Assembly: GCA_047495785.1 (NCBI GenBank) | Contig: JBLDXI010000003.1 | Span: 434,001-498,000, forward strand | Length of the DNA: 64,000 nt | Direction: 5' to 3' | DNA from: Lepidodermella squamata | Lineage: Eukaryota > Animalia > Gastrotricha | In this document: piece after piece, positions 46,862 through 58,214 of the stretch | Numbering within the stretch: the stretch's first letter is position 1 | Layout of the letters: each line of letters opens with the position of its first letter | Notes under the pieces: model-generated | Databases searched by the model: none | What the model saw: only the letters and a program-made list of their open reading frames with translations | Told to the model about the DNA's origin: nothing | Translations under genes and position numbers: made by a program

Positions 46862-48121
46862 TTGACAATGCCGAAACGATCGGGCGACCATCTAGCTGGG
46901 CGAGATGCAACTCTCGATTTGCCTAAACTGCATGTGAACTTCCGCTGTATAAGGAATCTGGATGAAAATCAGTTTGAAGTTCTAGTAATTCAAATAGCTA
47001 GAAAATTGGAAGTCATAAAGCGACTGACGAAGGACCGCGTAATTCTGGACCGGCTTTATCTAAAGGCCAACGCTTTGGGCTACCTTGAAATTGTTGAAAT
47101 GGTTTTTCGCCGAGTACGAGGTGTTTCTTCTCATCTTTCTGCAATCGAAGTGGCATCGAGATACGGCCACGTTCAAATACTTCATTTTATTATTGGCAAT
47201 TCAGCTTCTGTCGATCTAGTCGCCCGCTGGAGGCCAAAAATACGACATTTCGCCAAACTCAGGCAAATTTTGGACGAATTCAACCTTGCCCAGGCGAATT
47301 TTGATTTAATTGAATCGATCTGTTTCCTGGTATCATGCTACTTCGGGGACGTGATATCCTTTGATCGAATTATCGCAGGAAAATCGGAACCTTCTCGAAG
47401 GGCCTTGTTCGCCTTCAGAACTCCCCTAACTCAACAAACCGGGCTTATGATAGCTTGTGTTCAAGGTAGGTTAAATCTTGTGAAAAAATGGTTCGAACTG
47501 GACTCTGGCGTCACTGATGGAGCGAACGGTCTCCTCCAGGCATGCCTAGCTAACAGGCCTGATTTGACAACCCCTTACTACTGCTACGTTGATATTGCCG
47601 AATTTATCTTGAATTCCGGCGCTGGTGTTAATGTCTGCAATGCCTTCGGCAGGTCTTTGGTTGACCTTCTTGTGGATCGCTTCATATGCTCAAGGTCTTC
47701 GATGGTTGAAAACGAGACGTCTACTTACACTCTACACTTGAACCGTTTGATGTCTCTACTATTCAAATCTGGGGCTAACAAATACCTCTCAAAGGCTGCG
47801 AGCGAGTTATTGACCATGGAAGTAGCTTTGAACTATCATGGCGTGGGGACTATTCGTAGCATGTGGCTGTCGAGTCTCTGTGGTTCCAATTTCGATTGTA
47901 TTTCAGCTAGAAATACGTACTTCAAGCTACGAGTCTCGCATTCGAAAATGACTTCGCTTAATGAACATCTTGGATCGATGTACCCTTTGACACTCCAGGA
48001 TGCGTGTAGAGCTGTTTGCCTCTCCAGAATGCAGACTGGAATCAGAAAACGCGAATATTGTATAAATAGCTTGGACTGCCTCCCCACGATACTGAGAGAA
48101 TTCCTCAAATTCAGGAACTGA
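46862..48121 (+). CDS. Ankyrin repeat and SOCS-box (ASB-like) protein
   Basis: Degenerate ankyrin motifs (QTGLMIACVQG, LNSGAGVN) and C-terminal PLTLQDACR...LPTILREFL. Confidence 0.8.
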   Translation: MTMPKRSGDHLAGRDATLDLPKLHVNFRCIRNLDENQFEVLVIQIARKLEVIKRLTKDRVILDRLYLKANALGYLEIVEMVFRRVRGVSSHLSAIEVASRYGHVQILHFIIGNSASVDLVARWRPKIRHFAKLRQILDEFNLAQANFDLIESICFLVSCYFGDVISFDRIIAGKSEPSRRALFAFRTPLTQQTGLMIACVQGRLNLVKKWFELDSGVTDGANGLLQACLANRPDLTTPYYCYVDIAEFILNSGAGVNVCNAFGRSLVDLLVDRFICSRSSMVENETSTYTLHLNRLMSLLFKSGANKYLSKAASELLTMEVALNYHGVGTIRSMWLSSLCGSNFDCISARNTYFKLRVSHSKMTSLNEHLGSMYPLTLQDACRAVCLSRMQTGIRKREYCINSLDCLPTILREFLKFRN

Positions 48122-48757
48122 ATAAAGCTAAGCCAAGACTTTTTTTGGGACCTAGGTCAAATTAGAAGTGTTCACGAGCAAAAAATGTATGCAGTAGCGA
48201 AAATTTGTATTGAAATTCTCGGATTTTCACAATTTTTTTTCTTCACTGATTTTCTTCACAAATTATGTTATTTAGACACTCCTCAACTGTTCGGCGCAAT
48301 GCAAGGCAGATTGCAGCTAAATTCGCTTCATCCATCTTGAATCCTCGTAAAGCGTGAAGCGGGCTATATTGAAAATAATTGACTGGCGCAACTACAATTG
48401 GCTGGCGAGTGTGATCGAGAAGTAGCTTTCATAGGCCCTAATATAGCCTCATGTTTCTTGGGCATAATGATTACTATTCATTCAAAAGCTATGGAAAAAA
48501 TACGCAGCTGTAGTTGAATGGGAAACGCGACAAATAGCGATGCTTTAATTGCCTCTCATTAGCTCGACTTTGGCTTGAGTAAACACGAATAAGCAAATTC
48601 AAAGAAAGTAATGAGAAGTTTTATTTACTTCCGCCATAAATAATTCAGAGCGATTAATAAAAGCTTATTTTTTGTTCATAAAGGTGTGACGCGTAACGCA
48701 ATCGTTGCGCCTAGCGAAACTGCTATCCCAAGAATAGCTTGAATTCTTGAAACAACG

Positions 48758-50755
48758 ATGATATCGCAAATTTTAACATTTCTATTTCTCGGAAAATTTG
48801 TCCGGTAAATTAAGCAACCATCCAATTCGAGTAATACTACAAAACATTTTGCATAGGGCCGCCGAAATTACGAACCCGAACTGGCCAGATCTGTGAGTTG
48901 ATTAGAAATTTAGAGTAATAATAACACATTTCTGCAGATCCCGGCAGCATGGGTATTCGAATAGGTAAAGTTAATATCTTTTTACTGAAAATCACTGCAG
49001 CCGAAAAACTGTACTTAATTGCAGTAGCTTGCCAGACTTCCTTAAATCCAACAACTGGAATAGTTCTATGATGCAAGCAGTTTTAAAAATAAATAGTTAA
49101 CACAGTTATCATTTTTATCAGGGTTGCGTTACCTTCCAACTGGTCTAACAATCAATGGAACAATTCGTAAGTATTTAAAAACTTGTCGAATTTCAAATTA
49201 AAAATAGATATACAGCATATGGAATCAACCTTGGATGGGAGGTTTCAGGTGAGACTAAGTCGCAGCTCGAATTCGGCATATGTGACTTGTATTTTTCCCG
49301 CATAGAAATATATCGCTGGAGTCGTCAAGTTATTCGGCTAACGTTCCAACCTGGAATTACAGCAATAACTCGTAATAATTCGCTGATTTTTCGTTTACTT
49401 TGATGAGAACTGAGAATTTACAGACCTTTCTCGCCATGGTTGAATTCGAGTTCGTACAACCCTCAACAGCCATTCACATCTAACAATGGGTAATATTCAT
49501 TTGAAAATCGAGTGTTGTTTTTGAGCTTTACATCGGAAAGCTGGAATCTCACTTGGAATAACGCATCTGGGTACGGGTGAGTATTCAGCCAAACTACTTT
49601 ATCAATGTCTATCGGCATCGATCTTGATTGAAGGGGCAACCTATCCCAAGTTCCAGCGAACTGGTCAACAATTGCAGCCCCATTCTATGGAAGGCCCAAC
49701 TCGTGAGATCAGACAATGAAGACTGAAGCTGATCTTGACACATTTAAAATCATTTAGCCAACCATATATCAGCCCATTTTCCAATCCGCCGTGGAATGCC
49801 TCCTTTTACGGGTAGATAAACGTTTATTGAATCATTGATTATGACTGTAAAAAGCTAAATAGATGGAACCAGAATTGGACCAACAATACTGGAGCCATGT
49901 GCGTCTGATTTTTATTCTTCATTTTGTAATGCTTATGTTAGATTTAGGAACAGCTCGATTCCAGCAGCTCCGAACTGGGCAAATTTGTCGCGTCAATTTT
50001 ACCCAAACATCAGCTCGTGAGTGACGACAAGCTTCGAGCCCTATTTTCGCCCTTAACTTTGATGTTTACAGGCCGTTCTCGCCGTGGCTGAATACTAGCT
50101 CTTTTTATCGATGGAACTTGACCAACTTCAAGTTAGTCGATTCGCTAAGCTCAGAAAATGTCATTGAATTCTGTGTTTAAGTAACTCACGCCCGTCACCA
50201 ATCGAAATCTATCGGTATTACAGGCCTCTGTAACATTGTGGGTTACAATCATTTTCTAAATTATCTAAGGAACAAGGCCTTCCTGAATGCTTCAAACCCA
50301 GTCAGCTCTCAGCCCAACAACTAGTAATATCATCTCAGATTTTGTGTTGATGATCATGTTACCATTTTTTGAAACCAGTGGTTGGAATCAGACTTGGAAC
50401 ATCAGCAATCCTAACTGGTAAGACTTTGAACGGAATCTCGCGATTCATTTCGCCTTCTTGTACAGGAATAATCTATCTGGAAATGCATGGAGTGCTTCGC
50501 AGTCAACAAACTTTTCATCGCCAATTTACTATAACAACTCGTAAGTGGCAATCGGTTAGTCGAATTGTCGAAGTGCTAATTTCTAATTGTTTCTCAGCGC
50601 TTATCAGCCGTGGATGAACTACTCAAATCCATGGAATACCACATTCTTCAACTTCTCGAATCAGTTAGTTTCGGTAGAAAGAAACTAGCTGCTAAAGCAG
50701 ATTTGTGCTTTATTTTTTTTATCGATGGATAAGCAACCCTTTCTCTCAGCGCTGA
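48758..50755 (+). CDS. Secreted Trp/Asn/Ser/Pro-rich glycoprotein encoded by ~20 small symmetric phase-2 exons (~331 aa); gene A
   Basis: Hand-spliced model: signal exon MISQILTFLFLGKFVR, 18 internal exons of 27-75 nt (all multiples of 3), ~50-nt introns (one GC-AG at 49073-49121), no internal stop. Confidence 0.85.
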
Positions 50756-51154
50756 AAGTAGAACAGTAAACCTGCCAGTAATGCAGCTAAACTTGGTTTA
50801 ACATTTGGCGCTCGCTCGCGCGAATGCTTCATTTTCTACATACATAACACACTTCCGCTTTCAAATCCTCCTTTTTACCTTATTTATTTTCTACGAAAAG
50901 AACATTGGTCTTGTACTCACAACGAATTCAAGTTGAACAATAGCTACTTGAAGTTTTTGCGCGGATCTGCTCAGGCAAATCACGTCTATGATCTTGGGCA
51001 ACGGCACGTCTGCGATGCTTGGCAAAATTGTAGATTTTATTGATTTTGAAATACTTAAGTCTGTGTTGCAATTCTTATCAAATCAGCGCATAATTGCGCG
51101 AATCATCAAAGCATTATATTAAAATGTATTAATTCACGAAAAATACGCGCTTGT

Positions 51155-51742
51155 TTATATCACGAAATAAGCAGCAATGAACAATGAAGCCGTGATTGCG
51201 GCCTTTGCGCTAGCCATCGCCAAACCAGCAGAGTTGCACAGGTCAGTGTAACAATTGTCGATGTTACACTGGTTTGTGTTGCAATGGTCGGTGCTGCACC
51301 CGCCGGTAGTGCATAGGTCCTTGTTGCACAGGTCAGTGTTGCAGGCGCAATACGCGGTGGCTAAGTCTGGGTCTGTCTCGAATGCGCAGCCGAGGCCGAG
51401 ATTGGTACTCAGGCAAAACTTTGTTGTAACGCGTGCATTGCCAGATTCGACTGTAGTAATTGCGCAATTAACGCAGCCATCCATCACGTTATACTCGGTA
51501 GCGTTACCTCCTGCATAGCACTTGATGGCAGCTAAATTTTTACAAAAAATTGAATAATCAGTTTGTTGTTTCAGTTTAACAAGAAATACATGAAAAATGT
51601 GTTTTGAAATTCCCAATTAATTTCACTTGGAAATTTGTTAATTTACTTGAAACCAATTCCCACCCACCAGATTATAGATAGTATTACCTGAGCATGCAAT
51701 TGATGCAGCAAATAGTATTACAAAATATATGAAACGAGCCAT
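51155..51742 (-). CDS. Ly6/three-finger protein 4 with reiterated C-terminal Cys motif (2 exons)
   Basis: Signal exon MARFIYFVILFAASIACS, IKCYAGG..., CACNTDLCNKDLCTTGGCSTDHCNTNQCNIDNCYTDLCN, hydrophobic tail. Confidence 0.85.
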
Positions 51743-52195
51743 TTGCAATTTTTTTGTAGCTTCACAGATTTGTAATGCTACACGCTCAATGGTGGCACTT
51801 GCTATAAATTGTTTGGGCGTGGCTACTGATTGTAGTCCGGTGATGCATGGTTTTTACTGTTATCGCTATTTTTATGTCGTGTGGTGGTGCGGTCACGTGG
51901 TCGCGAAACTGCCAAGCAATATTTATAACATATGGTCGTACTTAAATAACTGAAGACCCTCCTTTATTACTTGATAGCGCGACACGAACGAATATATTAG
52001 CAGGTGGAGATGGGCAATAAAGCCACCACGTGCAATGGGCAAATATATCTTGACTGCTATATTTCGACTGCTACTGCGATTATTGCAAAAAAAATACGCG
52101 CGAACTCACCACCACACCCCCACCCAAACAAGAAAGTACTGCACACGTAAAACCTAGCATTAATAGCCAGCTGATAATTCAGCATTAATAACCAG

Positions 52196-53816
52196 CCTTA
52201 TCACAGAGAATGAGAATCTTGGAAGAGGCTATCTACAACCCCACTGGTTGTAAATAACTTGCTATTTGCACATGAGCCGTTAAAATGGGAAATCTCTGTC
52301 CAAAACTATGTCATTGTACATGAAAATGACTGCGTTTTGAATACCGTATGGGTGGTTAATTTGGACAAAATGGTTATACGCGTAACTGTGTTCTATCAGT
52401 GAGGTTTGAAAAATTCCCAATTTTGCAAAATTCGAAAAAATCAGTTTATCCATATTGAGAAATTCCTTTATCCGACGATATAAAATTGGTAGGGTAAATA
52501 ATTTATTTAGATTTTCCTGGCTCGAACAATTATTATTTGCCTGAATTATTTCTGAATTAAATAGCGCTGTGAGAGAATTCAAAGACCAATAATATGCACA
52601 GCCGGAAATAATCAGAAAATTGAAATAAATTATTTACCCTACAAATTTTATATCGTCGGATAAAGGAATTTCTCAATATGGATAAACTGATTTGTTCAAA
52701 TTTTGCAAAATTTTTCCGAAAGAGCAAACCGTGACAGAAGAATGGCAATTTTGCCCGAAAACACGAAATCTAGCACTTTTTGGCGAATTTTAGAAAATTA
52801 TCCATAAGGGACCACGAAGTGTATACCTGGTATCATTAGATAGAGGGCCGCTTCTAGTATCTATGAGCAGACATTTTTTTCAGAAGTGCACCATCTATTT
52901 TTATAAACTCGAGCAACCCGAATGGTTACAGCTCGTTCAACAGCCAGTAAGTTTTGTTGAATTATTTTTCGGAACAGAAATATTCATCGCATTGCCAAAC
53001 AGACCTTGGTATCCGCAGTATTCGAACAGGTAGTGTTTTCTATTCTTGACATTGAATGTTCTTCAAGTTTTCTGTAACAGTTCGGTCATAATAGACAATT
53101 CAGCGCCATTTAACTGGTTTGTTCGGTAGCTTGCCAATGGTTAACAGACTTAGCTCGATTTGATTGCGTAGGACATTGCCCACCAACCTGTCGAATTCGT
53201 GAGTTTTGAGCATCGACAAATGGCTTGGGTATAACTCGAATCCCAATGCTGTAGCTTCATTCCAGCAAATTGGACGAACAGCGACACAAGAAATCAGTAA
53301 ATTTAACTATCATGAATTTTATCAAACTGCGATATTTGTGGTTTAGGTCCGAGACGCCGTGGTGGCTGAATGCTGAGTAAGTTTTGTAAAATCTGAAAAG
53401 TATATATCGAACATTTTGCATTAAGATCTACAACTGCCAACCCTCAACCACTGAATAATGTCAAGTATGGTTATTCATACCGTAGTTTTGAATCTTCCTG
53501 TATCAGGCTTTTTTTTTGCTCAAGCCCGGAAGCGTTGCTGGCTTTGCTTAACTCAGCGAATGTTTTCAACGCAACTTTCGGCGGATTTTTTCCGGAAAAT
53601 GATGGCACGGACAACCAGGGTGTGTCGAAGCTGTGCATTTTCCTCGTACGATCATATCCGCCATCTATGAATCCGAACGCCACTTTTGGCAGCTACGGGT
53701 TGAATTATACGATGCCGAAACCTGCGTCCCGAATTCCGTGAGTGATTTCTGAGCCTTGCGGCACTAGCTTACTGATTTTACGGAATAGATTTCGAATGTC
53801 GACGCCAAGGATCTAA
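52196..53816 (+). CDS. Second small-exon, all-phase-2 gene encoding an Asn/Ser/Pro/Trp-rich protein; gene B (5' end uncertain)
   Basis: Exons approx. 52196-52249, 52884-52946, 53003-53029, 53081-53116, 53172-53198, 53255-53296, 53347-53376, 53426-53464, 53526-53737, 53789-53816 join in frame with GT-AG phase-2 introns. Confidence 0.72.
52421..52710. repeat. ~90-bp inverted repeat (fold-back element) within a long intron of gene B
   Basis: 52421-52510 is the reverse complement of ~52621-52710 (atcagtttatccatattgagaaattcctttatccgacgatataaaa). Confidence 0.85.
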
Positions 53817-54398
53817 AAAGCACCAGAAATTATCCGGAAAGTTCGAGAAAGCAACTTCAAGTTGTTACACACAATTAATTATCATGACCTCTCGTTACCT
53901 CTATTCTAGTGCGAGTAATATTTTTATTTTTTTTTAAAGCCAGCTATAGCTGAGACTTCGATGCGAGAGGAAAACTCATTAGTCTCAAAGTTTGTTGCAT
54001 CTGTTGTAAAGTTTTTAGAATCACTGGGAAGCTACGCAAAATCAAAGCTTTTGCGAGAATTGGGCATCTGTTTTACAGAATTTCACTGTAAATTGGATTG
54101 CCAAAAATTGGAATGAGAAGAGCTCGCGAAACACCCCATCCGGGACCTGGGAGAATATTCGAAAGCACCTTATACTTCAATTCCATTATCTTCAGATTAA
54201 GCTTGCGTTAGACATATGTCGCGGTTTATCTTATGCAAAAACCTATCATCTAATGTGGGTGCAAAGTATGATCTCTGTTATCTTAATCATTGATTTCTCT
54301 CGCGCGTTATTTTTTATCGCATTCCCGATGAAAATGCTTATTTAGTGACCTGATTTTTATTCTAATCCATAATGGAACTCGTAGAAACATGAAATAAA

Positions 54399-54887
54399 TT
54401 AGGCTATGTTGTGGTAAACAGGAGCCAAGCCAAGCAGAAGTAACAAAGAACTTGGAAGAACTGCCATCAGGATAGAAATGCTACCAGATATTTCAGCGCC
54501 ATTGCAAAAATCAGCGTCGCTGCAGCAGAGAGTTCCGACCACAATACTCAGTACGGTTGTATTTGATGCCGTGCAAGTTGTGGCGCAAGATTTCGAAGAC
54601 ACTACGTTCGAGCCATAGGTTACAGTTTTCTAGGCGAAATAAATCAAAATATTAAGAAAAATGTATCATCGCAAGATTTAACATACCACGCAATAGCCTG
54701 TAACGGTGCAATTGGTGTAATTCGTGAAATTTGTCGTCGAACTCTGGTAGCAAGTCAGGGCATCTATCGCAAACAAGGTGAAATTAAAAAACTGCAGAGG
54801 AAATTTATCGAATATTTTACCTATTGAGCCAAGCCAGCAAAGCAACGCCAAGGGTGCAACGATGGCAATTATTTGTTTGTAAGACAT
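54399..54887 (-). CDS. Ly6/three-finger protein 5 (3 exons, 8 Cys)
   Basis: MSYKQIIAIV.. signal, LTCYQS..C..GYCV|KTVT..KSCATTC..CCSDADFCN, hydrophobic tail. Confidence 0.88.
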
Positions 54888-55727
54888 TATCAAATTAGTA
54901 GATTGTCCTAATTAGGAGGGATAAACTGTTTAATTGGCAAGACAGGGTTAGCTTTTGTTCAAAAAATTCTTATCTGTTGATGCAAGCTATTCAATTCCAT
55001 CTTAATGATGAAAAAATGGGTGAGAAGTAGCCTTTTCAAAAGAAAATGGAGCATTTTATCCGTAAATAAGAGCCATGAAACGCCAGGAACTAGAAAACAT
55101 AACTTTGTAAAAACTGGGAAAGTTCAGCATTCAACAATCATCAAAGCTTGGATCAACATCAAAAAGCTCAATCCTGGTTCAGATATCCGTTGAATTTCTC
55201 GAACTTTTAGTCATCGAGCCTTATTTCACTTGACAGGCTTGAATGAGTGGGTTGAGCATTGTTAACTGGCTAGCTTAGCTACTCGATTATCTATCCACTA
55301 CGCGGGTTAGCGTAGTATGTTGATGTGAATAGTGTGATGTCATCGCCGTGTTATAGGTGTATGTGTGGTGTGTGGTGGGAAAACAATGCGACGTGTGGAT
55401 TAGCATCTTAATTACTATCTGCCACCTCATCTAAACGTGGTTGCGTCGGCGTTTCACGCGATGAATAAACGAAAGTTGGCCGAAATCCGAAATATCTCGC
55501 ACTCTCTCACCTAGAGCTTGGACTACATTTCCGCAATCTGAAACTTTTATTAATCGCATTCAGACATCGTAATTTCTAACCGTCATGGTTGAAATTCTTT
55601 TATGAATCGAAATGGCGATCCAAAGCGAAAATTCAGTTTATTTCTCACAAGATCCCACACAAGTTAATTTCATCCATGCATATTGACTAATTTTTGGAAA
55701 TAATACCTTTTCTAGGCTAGCTGTTTT

Positions 55728-56139
55728 CTAAGCTAGCTGCTGAAGAATTGATAAAGCAACTAAAATCGAAAATATCGACACGGCTAAAATGTTGAATGCT
55801 GAACTGACGGCAGCGGAGTTGCAGTAGTCGCCATCCCTGCAACAGTAGGTACTGACTGTATCCACGAAGTTGGTCAGGCGTGTCTCAGAGCAGGTCGCAG
55901 CGCAATTCTTGTAAATTACGGTAGAAATGCCGTTTTGAACCACTGTTTTCTATGAAAAAAAGATGTTTAAAAGGAAACACTATTCATCAAAGAAAATCTC
56001 TAACCTGGCAGAATCCACCACTTATACGGCACGTGCTATCTGATCCAGAATTGCAACTCAGAGAAGCTACTTCACGAAAATAAGAGAGCAAAACAGTGAG
56101 TAACGCTACGGAAATGGGAACGCGGCTATATGTTGGCAT
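55728..56139 (-). CDS. Ly6/three-finger protein 6 (2 exons, 8 Cys)
   Basis: MPTYSRVPISVALLTVLLSYFREVASLSCNSGSDSTCRISGGFCQ|KTVV..KNCAATC..CCRDGDYCN, hydrophobic tail. Confidence 0.82.
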
Positions 56140-57078
56140 TTTTAGGCATGTTTGTGTCTCACCGAATGAGATGTGGCTACTCTAACGGGGAAGCAATATG
56201 CGAGGTTGAAAATGATGATGACAATTATAAGGACATCGTTGGTGTGAAAGTAAACAAATCATTTCGATCATCAGTACAATTCCGCACGGGAATTGCACCT
56301 AATTTCTGGCAAATTTTAGTAACACATCAAGCCGCAGGATATGAATAAAGATAGAGAACTCTTCCTCAGACTATGACGTTGATAGGATAATCCGGTATTA
56401 GACAAGCCAAAAGCCTGGAAATCACCGGTTATTTGCGGGTTTCCAGGCTTTCTTCGTTGAAAATCAACTGTCAGAGGTCAAAAACAAGGGAGAGCCGCGG
56501 TGGAAAGCGGTGGTTGTTGTTTTAGCGCACTTTTCGAGTGAGTTACAAGTACCAGTCAGGTGTCAGGTTTCTGAACAATACAAGTCTGAAGTGAACGCCA
56601 TACTGATACAGTGTATTATTTAGGGTTGGACTTATTTTTCGCTTTCATTGTTATATCGATTGTCGGCATTGAGTTTGCTACCAGCCTCGATAGCTGCTTA
56701 ATCATCCTGCGTCCTGCCTGATCGACAGGTTTCACCCTTAACTCGTTTCACCTATTTTAGTTTGGACAAGTAAAAATAACGTTAGTTTTAAAAAGCTGGT
56801 TAACCTTACAGCTTGACGTTGTCCGCATATCAATGTTGTAAACAAAACAGTAAATTGGTGCCGTTGATGGCTATAAGTATAACTTCTGCATGAGATGTGA
56901 CGGTGAGACTCATTTCGGACAGGAATTGACTGCTTGGCTGGCCAATTACTTCAAGCCTTTTGTGTCGGTGAACATCATACTGGTACTGTAAACAAAATTA
57001 GTTACAAGTGCGTTTAAGGCTATAAAAAGCCATTGCGAAGTAGGATTTTACAGTAAAAAAAATCATTTTCTTACAACC

Positions 57079-57464
57079 ATGACTTCATTTACTGTTACCT
57101 TGGCGATTCTTTTGAAATTGGTAGCCGCATGCTGTGCGATTTCTTGCTACACTGCAAAAGAAGATCCGTGTGTTCTCGGCGATAACTACTGCCGGGTAAG
57201 TTAAGCTAGCCTTTCACCGATCGATTGAAAGTACCATTCCTTTGAACTTAGAAATTGGTTGTCGAAGGTAATGCTTATCTAATGGAAGCTCGCGACTGCT
57301 CCCCTTTCTGCACCCCGTTTTCTCTAAGCAACTCCAACGGCACGGTTAAGCAATTTTGCTGTGACACCGACTGGTGCAATGTAGCGCTTTCGCGCTATCA
57401 AAGCAGCAACGTCATTGTCCTTGCTCTCGCTTTATTTATCGCCAAAACTGTTTTCATTAAATGA
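57079..57464 (+). CDS. Ly6/three-finger protein 7 (2 exons, 8 Cys)
   Basis: MTSFTVTLAILL..ISCYTAKEDPCVLGDNYCR|KLVV..RDCSPFC..CCDTDWCN, hydrophobic tail; TATA upstream. Confidence 0.87.
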
Positions 57465-58214
57465 AGCATTAAAATGCATAATATATTTATTCTCGATTTT
57501 TTCATGTTTCAACCCTCGAGCTATGACGAAAATTCATGCTGTTCGTTTCGGACTATACGGGGTTTAGGTGAAAGTCATATGTCTGAGATTTTTATAGTTA
57601 TGAACTTGGCTTTTCACGCTGATCGGGAAACTGCAGAATGAACCCTTTTGGGCATAGGACTAAGGCATATTGGGAATTCTAGTACGGATTGAGACTGTGA
57701 AGACAAATGAGCAAAACGACGGAGCACTTTGATGATTCGATTTTATTATACCTACCTTCTATGACAATTTCCTGCTGCTACAATGTGATGCTATACCTCA
57801 GCTCAGACTCTTTTCCGGAGTCGTCAATAAGGATCGGGCTAAATTAAGTCGAGCGGAAGGATGCTTTTCGCTAAAATTCAGTGCAGAACCAGTCCTATAA
57901 GTCCTAATGTCTATTGTTTACAACGGTGAACATATTTCTAATTAATTTTCGCGAATTCCAGTGACAGAAAGCGCACATAGCTCACACACTGATATCGCAC
58001 GCGTTAACAAACAAATGCTTGGCGGAAAATATTCTCAGATAAACGAAAAGCGCGTCAACTATACCCGCGGCCTGATAAGGCTTGCGTGACGAGTGAACTG
58101 ATAAGGTGACCAAGGACGCGCCTTGGTTTCTCCGAAACTCAATTATGCCGTGAACAATCTTTAACTGCCAGGCTGAATGGCGTAAACAATAAGCAGCTGC
58201 ATTTCTGGTGAAAT

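Noticed and set aside
48758-50755. Regularly spaced short units suggesting a CRISPR-like array
   Set aside because: The spacing comes from exon/intron alternation; there are no identical direct repeats or cas genes, and the context is eukaryotic.
52280-52748. Two minus-strand ORFs with mutually similar peptides
   Set aside because: Produced by the inverted repeat, not by genes.
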